This document shows, piece by piece, positions 28,574 to 37,953 of a stretch of DNA of 64,000 nt. The stretch's first letter is position 1. The number at the start of each line of letters is the position of its first letter. The translations under genes were made by a program, and so were the position numbers. Source of the stretch: Bradymonadia bacterium (GTDB lineage Bacteria > Myxococcota_A > Bradymonadia > UBA7976 > UBA1532); contig JBKAGE010000071.1 of NCBI GenBank assembly GCA_046290225.1, positions 24,327 to 88,326 of the forward strand. The letters are read 5' to 3'. The notes beneath the pieces were generated by a model. The model was not told where the DNA came from and searched no databases. It saw nothing but the letters and a program-made list of their open reading frames with translations.

Positions 28574-29568
28574 TGGCTCGCCTTTGACCAGGTCGGGGCG
28601 GCGAGGATGAACTCCAGAACTGGCTTTGCCGCCGCCCCCATCGACTCCACCATGTCGAAGGCGTGCACATCGAGAGAGGTGAGCAACGAGCCTCGAGCCA
28701 CCTTCGCGAGAGCCATCGCCTGCTCGGGATCCGTCACCCCTGCCATGATCAGCTCGGCGCGGCCGTATGTCGCCGCAGCATTGCCTTCCACCACGGATAG
28801 ATACCGGGCCACATCCTCACTCACCCAGTCGTCTTCGCGAGAAAACAGCAGGCCCAGTCGCTGTGCCCAGACCATCGAGTCGGTCTCGCTCGCGGTCTTC
28901 AGCGCTTCGGCACGAGCCTCGGCGGCCACCGCTCGGGCTGCTGCATAGTCCGCCTCGGGCAGCGCGAGCACCCAGCGGTGGAGAGGGGGCCACATCCTCC
29001 ACTCGAAGTAGGTGCCTCGCAGGCGCGAGTGCCACACCCCGTTGGGATTGCTCGACGCCGCGGTGAACTTCGTGTGGCTCGTGTCCTTGCCCGCGGTGCT
29101 GGTGGAGTGGCCGCCGTTCCCGAAAGGGGCCTTCGACAGATAGATGTGTTGTACGAGCGGCCAGCCCCCCTGATGAAACCAGAGCGCCATGAGCGCCCCG
29201 GAGAGGGTGGTCATCACCTTCTGATTGCTCGTCTCCACGCCGGGGCCCTCCGTGAGGGCGATGTGGGCCCGCATCAACTCTTTCTCCGCGCTGCCCGGCA
29301 CAGGCGGCGTGTCGTGTTGATACTCGGCGAGCACCTCGGCGAGGAGATCGGCGTAATCCGCTGTCGCTTCGTAGGTACACCCGTCATCGACACAGCGCAG
29401 ATGGCGCTCTCGCAGAATCTTCCAGCCCGCCTCGGCTGTGGGGAGGGGATCTTTCGGATCGGCCTTGTGAGGGAACCGGAGCGCGCCCAGCTTCTTGCGC
29501 TGTGCCTTCGTCCAGGGGATCTCGGGGTGGGGGTAGGGCGGGATGGGCTCACGCTTCGTCCGGGCCAT
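28522..29568 (-). CDS. Hypothetical protein (349 aa)
   Basis: Start MARTKREPIPPYPHPEIPW. No recognisable motif. 3' end overlaps the convergent 28181-28573 frame by ~50 bp. Confidence 0.5.
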   Translation of the reverse strand: MARTKREPIPPYPHPEIPWTKAQRKKLGALRFPHKADPKDPLPTAEAGWKILRERHLRCVDDGCTYEATADYADLLAEVLAEYQHDTPPVPGSAEKELMRAHIALTEGPGVETSNQKVMTTLSGALMALWFHQGGWPLVQHIYLSKAPFGNGGHSTSTAGKDTSHTKFTAASSNPNGVWHSRLRGTYFEWRMWPPLHRWVLALPEADYAAARAVAAEARAEALKTASETDSMVWAQRLGLLFSREDDWVSEDVARYLSVVEGNAAATYGRAELIMAGVTDPEQAMALAKVARGSLLTSLDVHAFDMVESMGAAAKPVLEFILAAPTWSKASHQKPLKAAIALIDKGST

Positions 29569-29632
29569 GGGCACCTCTTCACAACATAGAGGCACGTACG
29601 ATAAGCCCGGTGCGCATCATCTCAAAGGAACA

Positions 29633-30091
29633 CTACTTCTTGCGCACCTTCACCTTGATGCGTCGGCAGCCATTGTCGGCGGGACGACCCTTGTTGATGA
29701 GCATCTCGTAGGGGCTGTCGTCGTTGTTGCGTACGGTGAGGGTCTTCCACTTGCATTTGGGAGATCCCAACATGTCTTTGGAAACCTCGACCTCGCCAAA
29801 GATGGTGCCCACGGGGGTGTCCTTACCATTGAAGGGCTCCACATAGAGGATCACCTGCTCACTCTGGCCCTTGAGCCCTCGAGCGGCGACGTCCACATGG
29901 AGCTTCTTCGTCTTGCCGTTCGACACCGTAGTAAAGGTCTTGGGCTTGTCGATGCTCTTCGAGGGCTTGTAGATGCCAGCATTCACCCACTTGTCGGTGT
30001 TGTTGTTGACCTTGAACTGCACCTTGATGGCGTGGGCCATCGAGGGCGCGCACAGGGTGCAGGCGAAGAGGAAAAGCAGGGCGCGCTTCAT
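29633..30091 (-). CDS. Small Lys-rich secreted protein (152 aa), translationally coupled to the upstream SDR
   Basis: Signal peptide MKRALLFLFACTLCAPSMAHA. Mature part is 20% Lys, and local GC is clearly lower than the surroundings. ATG overlaps the SDR stop (ATGA). Confidence 0.6.
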   Translation of the reverse strand: MKRALLFLFACTLCAPSMAHAIKVQFKVNNNTDKWVNAGIYKPSKSIDKPKTFTTVSNGKTKKLHVDVAARGLKGQSEQVILYVEPFNGKDTPVGTIFGEVEVSKDMLGSPKCKWKTLTVRNNDDSPYEMLINKGRPADNGCRRIKVKVRKK

Positions 30092-30933
30092 GGCAGATCT
30101 CCCTTTGAGTCCGTCTGTGGTTGCTCAACGAGCAAGGCGCGATGATCATGCAAAGCTCTACGATAGAGATTGCTTAAAAGCCAAGGGGCATATCGGTCGA
30201 GCCAGCGATAGAGCTTCACCGACCATGGAAAGATCACCTCTCGACGCCCACGCGCGACGCCGTCGACGATCTTCTGCACCGCCACATCGAGGGGCACAGT
30301 GGGCGGATCTCCTCGTCGCTTCAGCTGTGCCCGATCCACCCCGGCATATCGCGCGTTGTCGAAGAAGCCCGTGTCGATGAAGCCCGGGCAGACCAGAGTG
30401 ACCTGCACACCAGAGGCTGCCGCTTCGTGTTGCAAGGCGCGGGTGAAGCCCACCACTGCATGCTTGCTGGCCACATAGGGGGCGGCGAGGGGGGCGCTCA
30501 CCAGGCCGAAGATCGAGGCGATGTTCACGATGTGGCCGCCGCCTTGTTCGAGCATGTGGGCATACGCCGCCTGGCTGCCATACACGACGCCGAGGGTGTT
30601 CACCGCGAAGATGCGTTGCCAGTCTTCGGTGGGGATGTGCCTGATCTCGCCGTTCACCGAGAAGCCTGCGTTGTTCACCATGAGGTCGAGCCGACCGAAC
30701 TCGGAGACGACGCGTCCGATCGCCTGAGTGACCGAAGATGGATCCGAGACGTCGAGGGTGATCGCTTGCGCCGCGCCGATGCTCGACGCGGTCTCGGCGC
30801 AGCGCACGTCATCGATGTCTGCGATGATGACTTTGGCGCCACGGTCGATCCAGGCTTGAGCGAGCCCGCGGCCGAGGCCTGAGGCGCCGCCTGTGATCAG
30901 CACCACAGATGACGCGACCCTGCCCTGGTTCAT
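30088..30933 (-). CDS. Short-chain dehydrogenase/reductase (SDR) family oxidoreductase
   Basis: TGGASGLGRGLA (TGxxxGxG), NNAG, catalytic YxxxK (YVASKHAV). The 865-aa track ORF is an artefactual upstream extension running antisense through the next gene. Confidence 0.85.
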   Translation of the reverse strand: MNQGRVASSVVLITGGASGLGRGLAQAWIDRGAKVIIADIDDVRCAETASSIGAAQAITLDVSDPSSVTQAIGRVVSEFGRLDLMVNNAGFSVNGEIRHIPTEDWQRIFAVNTLGVVYGSQAAYAHMLEQGGGHIVNIASIFGLVSAPLAAPYVASKHAVVGFTRALQHEAAASGVQVTLVCPGFIDTGFFDNARYAGVDRAQLKRRGDPPTVPLDVAVQKIVDGVARGRREVIFPWSVKLYRWLDRYAPWLLSNLYRRALHDHRALLVEQPQTDSKGDLP

Positions 30934-31002
30934 AGATTGAAGTCCTTTTGGTCTCGGAGGCCATGTAGTATATCCCCCCATCCCCATACGAAGGAGCGCA
31001 TC

Positions 31003-32427
31003 ATGCGTCGAGTCGATCTCGCCCTCCTCGGGCTGCTGTCGGTGGCCGGCTGTGGCACCGCCGAAGAGACCCAGGCCCCCGACGAAACGAGCGATGTCGA
31101 CGAGCGACGCGACTCCGAGTCCGGGCAGTTCCTTCGTGATGGCAAGACCGACAGCAACGGCGTCGAGGAGCGCAGCTGGTCTGCTCAGTGCGTGCTCAAC
31201 GTGGCCAACGAGGCCACCCTCGAGCAGCTCGATGACGACATGTCGCTCTGGAGCTTCGCCGCACAAAACATCGTCGACGGTCGTCCCTACGGCACCATCG
31301 AAGAGGTGGACGATGTGAGCTGGGTCGGCCCCTACGCCTTCTGGCAGATGGAAGCCTTCGCCGAGAAGAACGAGCTCTGCCCCGGTCTTGGTGAAGAGTA
31401 CCCCCCTGCAGGAGAGGTCGACGCCATTCTGGCTGTGACCCAGGCCAGCGTCGATCACGTGAACAAGAAGTGGGGCGAAGGCGAGCGCCCCTCGCGGCGT
31501 GACGCCCACCCCAAGGCCCACGGCTGCGTGAAGGCTTTCTTCGAGGTGGAGCACGAGGCCGACGTGCCCGAGAGCATGAAGGTGGGCGTCTTCGCCGAAG
31601 AAGGCACCCGCTACCCTGCCTGGATCCGCTTCAGCAACGGCTCCTTCACCATCTCGCCTGATCCCGAGGGCGACATCCGGGGCATGGCCATCAAGCTCAT
31701 GCAGGTCCCCGGCGACAAGGTGCTCGAAGCAGAGAAGGACGCGCCGACTCAGGACTTCCTGCTCATCAACACCCCGGTGTTGATGGTGCGCAACGCCATC
31801 GATTACGTCGAGTTCTCCCAGAAGGCGTTCGACGGCAACCCGGTGAGCTTCTTCTTCGATCTCAACCCCCTCGAGTGGAACATGAGGGAGCTGTGGATCA
31901 CCATCTCGACCCTGGGCAAAGACATCGCCAGCCCGCTGCTCTCGCGCTACTGGAGCACCACCCCCTACCAGCTCGGTGACGCCCACGCGGTGAAGTACAG
32001 CGCCCGACCCTGTGGTGGTGAATCCGACGAAGAGCCGAAGGATGCCGGTGACAACTACCTGTCCGAGGTCCTCGCTGATCACCTCGCCGAGAACGAGGCC
32101 TGCTTCGAGTTCCTGGTCCAGGTGCAGACCGACGCTGAAGAGATGCCCATCGAGGATCCGAGCTTGGAGTGGGACGACGATGACTCGCCCTACCTGAAGG
32201 TGGCCACGATCAAGATCCCCAGCCAGACCTTCCTGGGAGATGCTCAGAAAGACTTCTGCGAGCACCTGTCGTACAACCCCTGGCACACCCTGCCGGAGCA
32301 CACCCCCCTCGGTGGTATCAACCGCACCCGCAAGGTGGTGTACGATGCCATCTCGGCCCTGCGTCACGGGTACAACGAGCAGCCCCGCATCGAGCCCAAC
32401 AGCCACGAGATCCCCGCGCTCGACTGA
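31003..32427 (+). CDS. Catalase-family (catalase-related haem peroxidase-like) lipoprotein
   Basis: Lipoprotein signal MRRVDLALLGLLSVAGCG. Catalase core blocks: RRDAHPKAHGCVKAFFEV (distal His region, compare RVVHAKG of catalases), FSNGS, RGMAIKL, DFLLINTPVLMVRN. The proximal region YNPWHTLPEHTPLGGINRTRKVVY has Tyr/Arg spacing like the catalase proximal ligand segment. Confidence 0.65.
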   Translation: MRRVDLALLGLLSVAGCGTAEETQAPDETSDVDERRDSESGQFLRDGKTDSNGVEERSWSAQCVLNVANEATLEQLDDDMSLWSFAAQNIVDGRPYGTIEEVDDVSWVGPYAFWQMEAFAEKNELCPGLGEEYPPAGEVDAILAVTQASVDHVNKKWGEGERPSRRDAHPKAHGCVKAFFEVEHEADVPESMKVGVFAEEGTRYPAWIRFSNGSFTISPDPEGDIRGMAIKLMQVPGDKVLEAEKDAPTQDFLLINTPVLMVRNAIDYVEFSQKAFDGNPVSFFFDLNPLEWNMRELWITISTLGKDIASPLLSRYWSTTPYQLGDAHAVKYSARPCGGESDEEPKDAGDNYLSEVLADHLAENEACFEFLVQVQTDAEEMPIEDPSLEWDDDDSPYLKVATIKIPSQTFLGDAQKDFCEHLSYNPWHTLPEHTPLGGINRTRKVVYDAISALRHGYNEQPRIEPNSHEIPALD

Positions 32428-32449
32428 ACTCTTCCTCCTGCACATTTCG

Positions 32450-32990
32450 ATGGACCCTCTGAGCGTTGTGGCTAGGCCCTTGTAGGCAGTCATCGCTTCG
32501 CTCTGCCTGCGTAGGCGCCACGCCTTCGGCACATCTTCGATGCGCCTCGTCGGTCGCGTACACGTCGGCGTACTCGCTGGCGCGAGCAGGCCTCCGGGTA
32601 GGCAGGGTCGCTCAATGCTGACGCATTGGTTGCTCGCTCCCCTGCGTAAAGAGCCAGTTCTGGTGTGGCTCTGTGCTGCTGCCAACGCTGTTGGGGCTTA
32701 CGCTTGGCGTTGAGACTCAGAGGCCTGCACGTTCGCGGTAGGTCGAATCCCGGTGGGGTTCAGCAACAAGATACAGAAGAAGCTCTTTACGCAGGGGAGC
32801 GAGCAAACAAGGCGAAGCCTTGAGCGACCCTGCCTACCCGGGAAGGTGCCTGCCTCAGCAGGTGCCTGAACGTGTACGCGACCGACGAGGCGGCCCGAAG
32901 GGCTGCCGAAGGCCGGACGCCTACGCAGGCGGAGCGAAGCGACGGCTGCCTACCAGGGCCCAGCCACAACGCTCAGAGAGCAAACTCTCA
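32450..32990. repeat. Long imperfect palindromic repeat element (arms ~205 bp, ~75-80% identical as reverse complements, ~130-bp loop) in a convergent intergenic region; same family as 7181-7620
   Basis: Arm 32450-32652 reverse-complemented aligns with 32784-32990 (ctctttacgcaggggagcgagcaa...ttgagcgaccctgcctacccgg...acgtgtacgcgaccgacgaggcg...cctacgcaggc.gagcgaagcga...agccacaacgctcagag). Shares the blocks ggctgccgaaggc, cgtccgctacag/cgcctacgcagg and gagcgaagcga with the 7181-7620 element. Confidence 0.75.
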
Positions 32991-33010
32991 CAAGAGCCCA
33001 GCCAAGTACG

Positions 33011-35896
33011 TCAGCGGCAGCAGACAACCGGCAGATCCCGGTTGCATGCCTGGTTCAGCAGGAAGGTGTGATAGTCACCCGACAACATGTTCCCGCTGAG
33101 GACGATGTTGCTGAATCGGACAGCGCTGCCTCGCGCGACATCTGCGCTGCTGTAGCGGAGGTTCCAGCAGTTGCTCGAGCCCGTAAGGTTGGCGTTGTTG
33201 CCACTGGAGCTGTGGAAGACCGTCCACATGTCCTGACCGATGAGCGCGTTGCTGTCGTAGTTCCCGCTGGCCATGGCCCGCTCGATCTCCCCCTGAGTGC
33301 ACAGGTGGGCCGTGGGCTCGTTGCCATAGGTAGACCGGCACATGGCGTCTGCACCAGCAGTCCCGAGTTGACCGCCAAAGTTGATCGCGCCTCTGGTGGT
33401 CGTCGCCGAGGCGCCAAGGATGACACCAGTCAAGCCGGCCGCTGAGCCATCCGCACCGTCTGCCCCATCCGCGCCGTCAGCCCCATCGGCCACCTCGACG
33501 GCGTTGTTGCCACACGTGATGACCGCGCCGTCGTCGTTGGCGTTGCGGGCCACCGTGCAGTTCACACCATCGGTGATGTTCACCGTGTCGTTGCCACAGG
33601 TGAGGGTGGTGACGTTGCCGTTCTTGGACACCGAGCACGAGTTGATGTTGTCCACCCGACCCTCGAGCAGGCTGAGGCGGTTCGCGAGGTTGTTGACGTC
33701 GATACGAGACGCGTAGTTCTCGTCCACCAGATCCATCAGGGCGATGAGATCATCCTGCGTGGCCATGTTGTTCTCGATGGCTGTTACGCGGGCATCGATG
33801 GCCGTCACGTTGTTGTTTACCCCCGTGATGAGCGTGTTCAGCTCGTTCTTGGTGGCGTAGGTCTCGTCCACCAGATCGATCACCGCGTCGAGATCACCAT
33901 TGGTGGCCGAGGTGTTCTCCAGATTGCTCAGGCGGTTGTTGATGGTGTTGATTTGGTTGTTGATGGCCGTGATCTGGGTGTTGAACTGGTCGAGATCGTT
34001 CTGGGTCAGGAAGCCAGCGTTCTCGAGGCCCTCAATCCGGGTGGTCAAGTCTGCCACGGCGTTGTTGAGGCCCGCGAGATCGGCATCAGTGAGGAAGCCA
34101 GCGTTCTCGAGGGCGCCCACGCGATCGGTGAGGGTGTCCACGGCGCCGCTCAGTGCGCTCAGGGCGTCTGCATCAGCAAAGTTGGCGTTCTCGATGACCG
34201 AGACACGGGCCGAGACGGCGTCGACGGCGGTGCTCAAGCCTTCGAGATCGTCCCGGGTCGCAAAGAAGCTCGAGTCGAGCCCATCCAGACGATCTGCGTC
34301 GAGCCCGGAGTTGGTCCCGTCGACTGTGATCAACTTGGCCAGCACCTGAGCAGGCGTGTCGGAGCCACCCTGGCCGTTGAGCACTGTGGCAGAGCTGCCG
34401 TCGGTGCAGTTGATGGTGGCGAAGCCGTCACCCTGCACCACAGAGCAGGAGTTGCCGTTGGAGCCGGGGGCGCCAGGGGCACCGTTGGTCAGGCGGGCCG
34501 TGGTACCGTCGGTGCAGTTGATGGTGGCAAAGCCGTCACCCTGAGCCACCGAGCAGCTGGAGCCATCAGTGCCCCGGAGTTGCTCGGCGTAATCTTCCAC
34601 CAGCAAGGCGACCAGATCGTTGCGGAAAGAAGGGCTGTTGGCGAGGCGCGAGGCCACGTCGGCAGGATCAGCGTCGACGCCATCACGACCGTTGGTGCCG
34701 TTCACACCAGGCTGCCCGTCCCGGCCGTTGGTGCCGTTGAACACCTGGGCCGTGGTGCCATCCTCGCAGGAGACAGTGGCGAAGCCATTGCCCTGAGCCA
34801 CCGTACAGTCAGTGCCGTTGGTACCATCCGCACCATCCGCGCCATTCTGGCCGGCAGGGCCAGTGGGGCCCACCTCACCGCGGAGCACGTCGGAGAACTG
34901 ATCCACCAGCTGGTTGGCGATCTCGTCCCGGAAGTTCTCGTTCACCACCAGCAGGCCCGCGACCAGATCGGGATCTGCGTCCTCACCAGAGGGGCCCTGG
35001 GGACCCTGGGGGCCTTGGATGCCAGCGATGCCCTGGGGACCCTGGAGGCCTTGAGGGCCTTGCAGACCCTGAGGGCCAACCTCACCCTGTGGGCCCACGA
35101 GACCCTGGGGTCCGATGTTGCCTTGAGGGCCTGCAAGACCCTGGAGGCCCTGAGGACCCTGCTCACCTTGAGGGCCGACATCACCTTGAGGACCCTGAAG
35201 GCCCTGCTCACCACGGGGGCCCGCAGAGCCCTGGATGCCCTGCTCACCCTGAGGGCCAGCCTCACCCTGTGGGCCCTGCTCACCCTGAGGGCCTTGGTCG
35301 CCCTTGAGGGCGTCACCGTAATTCTCGGCGAGCAGCTGGACCACAGCGTTGCGGAAGGTCTCGTTGTCGAGCAACGAGTCGGCCACATCGTTCACCGAAG
35401 GCGCCAGGTCGAGGGCGTCGCCCACCCACTTGCCGTCCTCGTCGATGACCAGCTGCCCGTTCACCGAGATGGTGCGGGGGGTCAGATCACCGGTGGCGTT
35501 GTCGGACTCCGCCGCTTTGAAGGCGTAGGGCACGCTGTTGATGGTCAGACGGGGCTCGAGCTCCTCGTCATCACCTACGGTGACGCCCAGGGACATGCCT
35601 TCTCCACCGAAGACCTGCGGAGGCAGCTCGCTCTTCTCCCCGAGGGTGACCGCGTAGTAGCCGTTGTCGAACTCCACGGGGAACGTCTCCGACCAGACCG
35701 GCTCCCCAGCGCTGTCGTAAAGGGTGAAGGTCATCTCCTGAGCCCCTTCGATGGGCTTGAGAGAATCAGTGTCGAGGATACGCCCTTGCTGAGACAGGTA
35801 GCGGGGTACCTCTGCGCTCACCGATGTGGCCGTCAGAGACATCAGAGCAGCGGCGAGCCAGGCCATGGGCCGGCGGCTGAGGCGTGTACGGTACAT
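33011..35896 (-). CDS. Secreted collagen-like triple-helix repeat protein with coiled-coil repeats and Cys-containing C-terminal globular domain
   Basis: Signal [28 protein letters not shown]. ~108 residues of G-P-Q/G-x-Q triplets. Repeated ...GLENAGFLT(D/Q)(A/N)DL... heptad-like repeats. Cys-rich inserts ([17 protein letters not shown] x3). Ends ...DLPVVCCR. Confidence 0.8.
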   Translation of the reverse strand: MYRTRLSRRPMAWLAAALMSLTATSVSAEVPRYLSQQGRILDTDSLKPIEGAQEMTFTLYDSAGEPVWSETFPVEFDNGYYAVTLGEKSELPPQVFGGEGMSLGVTVGDDEELEPRLTINSVPYAFKAAESDNATGDLTPRTISVNGQLVIDEDGKWVGDALDLAPSVNDVADSLLDNETFRNAVVQLLAENYGDALKGDQGPQGEQGPQGEAGPQGEQGIQGSAGPRGEQGLQGPQGDVGPQGEQGPQGLQGLAGPQGNIGPQGLVGPQGEVGPQGLQGPQGLQGPQGIAGIQGPQGPQGPSGEDADPDLVAGLLVVNENFRDEIANQLVDQFSDVLRGEVGPTGPAGQNGADGADGTNGTDCTVAQGNGFATVSCEDGTTAQVFNGTNGRDGQPGVNGTNGRDGVDADPADVASRLANSPSFRNDLVALLVEDYAEQLRGTDGSSCSVAQGDGFATINCTDGTTARLTNGAPGAPGSNGNSCSVVQGDGFATINCTDGSSATVLNGQGGSDTPAQVLAKLITVDGTNSGLDADRLDGLDSSFFATRDDLEGLSTAVDAVSARVSVIENANFADADALSALSGAVDTLTDRVGALENAGFLTDADLAGLNNAVADLTTRIEGLENAGFLTQNDLDQFNTQITAINNQINTINNRLSNLENTSATNGDLDAVIDLVDETYATKNELNTLITGVNNNVTAIDARVTAIENNMATQDDLIALMDLVDENYASRIDVNNLANRLSLLEGRVDNINSCSVSKNGNVTTLTCGNDTVNITDGVNCTVARNANDDGAVITCGNNAVEVADGADGADGADGADGSAAGLTGVILGASATTTRGAINFGGQLGTAGADAMCRSTYGNEPTAHLCTQGEIERAMASGNYDSNALIGQDMWTVFHSSSGNNANLTGSSNCWNLRYSSADVARGSAVRFSNIVLSGNMLSGDYHTFLLNQACNRDLPVVCCR
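34978..35302 (-). repeat. Collagen-like (GxQ)n coding repeat (9-bp periodicity)
   Basis: [25 protein letters not shown]...GPQGPSG, about 36 Gly-X-Y triplets. Confidence 0.8.
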
Positions 35897-35973
35897 GTCG
35901 GAGGCTCCCCTCGTCTTCGAATGAGCGGTCGATTGGTCTGTGGTGTTCTGGGTCTTGGATGCGCGGGAGAAGA

Positions 35974-36420
35974 TCACTGCTGACCTCCTCGCACGACGCT
36001 GAGGGTGCCCGTCTGGAGCACGTGGCGATCAGAGGTGGCCGTGGCGCCGCTCACGCTCACCGGCGAGAGCACGCCGATGGCGGTGTGTCGGGGGGAGGCC
36101 ATGGCTGCGCAGCCAGAGCAGAGCCCGTGCACACTCAACGGACCCGCTGCGACACACGTCTGTGCTTCTTCGTCGCAGACCTCGCCGTCACCACAGGGAC
36201 CGCAGCCTTCTCTCACCAGGCAGTCCTCACTGCACCGGCCTTCTTCCTCTGCATCGCAGACGCCGTCGCCGCAGATCACCAGATCACTGCCGCCAGCGCC
36301 GCTGCTGCCGCCGCCTCCGTTCGCAGCGTCGTCACAGGCGGCGAGCGCTGCGGCGAGGCAAAACATCGTCAGCCATGACCCGCTGGTCGTGAGCAGACGA
36401 AGACTTCCAGGCTGTCTCAT
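35974..36420 (-). CDS. Small Cys-rich lipoprotein, upstream of and overlapping the collagen-like gene
   Basis: [29 protein letters not shown] (lipobox LAAC), then [40 protein letters not shown] (Myxococcales-type Cys-rich repeat). Stop overlaps the next start by 4 nt. Confidence 0.5.
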   Translation of the reverse strand: MRQPGSLRLLTTSGSWLTMFCLAAALAACDDAANGGGGSSGAGGSDLVICGDGVCDAEEEGRCSEDCLVREGCGPCGDGEVCDEEAQTCVAAGPLSVHGLCSGCAAMASPRHTAIGVLSPVSVSGATATSDRHVLQTGTLSVVRGGQQ

Positions 36421-36587
36421 GACACCTCCCCAGGCGTCCACAGGTCTGCACGTGCACCTCGATGTGAGCGCATTCGAACCCGTGGATGTACGTCATTGTA
36501 GTTATATGATCCGAGGGGGAGGTACAAGGAGGCTGTGACCCAAAGTGAGGGGGCTCGCGCTCACCTGGCGGGTCGAGCCAGGCGGGC

Positions 36588-37937
36588 TCAGCGGATGATG
36601 AAGCGGGTGGGCTCTTCGGCGGTGACGAAGCCGCCCCGACACACGCCGTCGGCGTCGGTGAGCAGCCAGCCATGGGTGGCGAAGCTGTTGAGCGTGATGG
36701 TGTTTCGGGGGCCGAGATCATACGCCTGAGCGCGAGCACCTTCGAAGTCGATCCAGTGCAGCGTCATTGGCTGAAGCGTCTGGTTGACCACCATCACCGA
36801 GGCAGAGAGCTCTGATGACTGTGAGCGCAACACCTGAACGTCACAGCCTGTGTTCTCGGCGAGCCGTACTCTCTGAGGACAGGCCAGATCAGGGATGGGC
36901 GGGGGGACCCAGGCCGGCGACGGACCTTCGACATTACAATAGGCTGGCCAACGGCGCGTACCCATGTGCTCGGCGATGAAGTCTGCGAAATCAGGATCGT
37001 AATCAGTGAGCTCTTCACGGGTGTCGACGAAGTTGTGCACACCATTCGGCGGATCAGCAGAGAGATTGTTGTCGAAGTGGTTTTGTACGCCTTCTGCCCA
37101 GTATTCGTTGGCGTTGGTGGCTGCATAGGTGTCGCGCCACAGGCCCTGAGTCATGGCGCCCTGGTACAGCGCCTCGAGCCGGTCGCGCTGTTCGAGGCCG
37201 TCAGGCGCGCCTTCGACGCCGAATTCGAAGACCGAGTGGGCCACTTCGTGCAGGAAGATGTTCTCGCCCACCCACGGATCCGTTGGATCCTGGAGCAGGT
37301 TTTCGACGGCACCTGTGGTGAGGGGCCGGGTGAGGGTGGCGCCGAAGCCACGGCCGCGGTTGTCCCAGTCGGTGCCGGGGAAGGCCTCATAGAAGTCGCT
37401 GTACTCCGGCATGTCGGTGGTGACGTCATCGGGGCCCATGATGCCGAAGCGCACATGTGCTTCGGCAAGGCCCACTCGGGCACAGGGCTGGTCGACGAGC
37501 ATCTGCTCCAGGGTGTAGGCCGCCACTCGAAAAGCGTCCTCGGGCACTCCGGGGCCACCGACCAGCGGCAAACCGCGGACGTCGACATATTGCGTATAGA
37601 AAGGATCCAGGCCGAGAGACTCGGGTGGGGGCTCGATCACCACAGCTGGGCACGTGGGTGGCCCCTCATGAACAGGAGGCTCCGCATCGGTGGGCACCCC
37701 AGTATCTTCAGCAGGCCGGTCCGCGTCAGCCCGTGTGCCAGAGTCGGCGAGAGATGCATCGGTCGGAGAGCTGGCATCTGGAGCGCTGGGATCCGGAACA
37801 CTGGCATCCAGAGCGCCTGTGTCCGTTTCGGCGGAGCCGTCAAGCACCTCGCCTGTGAGGGCATCCACATCACAGCTCGAGACGAAGAGCGGCAGGGTGA
37901 GGCCCAGGGCGACAGCAAAGGGGCGGGTGTATCTCAT
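36588..37937 (-). CDS. Putative secreted zinc-metallopeptidase-like lipoprotein (HEXXH)
   Basis: Signal/lipobox MRYTRPFAVALGLTLPLFVSSC. Acidic Asp/Ala/Ser-rich linker. NIFLHEVAHSVFEFG contains HEVAH (zincin HEXXH). C-terminal beta-rich domain. Confidence 0.55.
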   Translation of the reverse strand: MRYTRPFAVALGLTLPLFVSSCDVDALTGEVLDGSAETDTGALDASVPDPSAPDASSPTDASLADSGTRADADRPAEDTGVPTDAEPPVHEGPPTCPAVVIEPPPESLGLDPFYTQYVDVRGLPLVGGPGVPEDAFRVAAYTLEQMLVDQPCARVGLAEAHVRFGIMGPDDVTTDMPEYSDFYEAFPGTDWDNRGRGFGATLTRPLTTGAVENLLQDPTDPWVGENIFLHEVAHSVFEFGVEGAPDGLEQRDRLEALYQGAMTQGLWRDTYAATNANEYWAEGVQNHFDNNLSADPPNGVHNFVDTREELTDYDPDFADFIAEHMGTRRWPAYCNVEGPSPAWVPPPIPDLACPQRVRLAENTGCDVQVLRSQSSELSASVMVVNQTLQPMTLHWIDFEGARAQAYDLGPRNTITLNSFATHGWLLTDADGVCRGGFVTAEEPTRFIIR

Positions 37938-37953
37938 GGTGGGCCTCGTCACA

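Noticed and set aside
30934-32685. Upstream part of the 865-aa track ORF 30088-32685 (-)
   Set aside because: Only the last 281 codons form the SDR. The rest runs antisense through the catalase-family gene (31003-32427, +), which has specific catalase motifs.
32728-32760. tRNA-like GGTCGAATCC motif
   Set aside because: Loop is one T short of the canonical GTTCGAATC. Flanking bases cannot form T-stem or acceptor stem, and no D- or anticodon arm can be drawn. Kept only as a note within the palindrome finding.
32318-33099. Track ORFs 32318-32563 (-) and 32872-33099 (+) with near-identical translations (MYATDEA..RR.AEG..PTQAERSD)
   Set aside because: They are the two arms of the 32450-32990 inverted repeat read in equivalent frames. 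Differences between copies are mostly non-synonymous, and there is no start or RBS context. This is a repeat, not a gene pair.
33953-35983. 676-aa plus-strand ORF
   Set aside because: Antisense to the collagen-like gene. The minus frame encodes perfect GxQ triplets and coiled-coil repeats.
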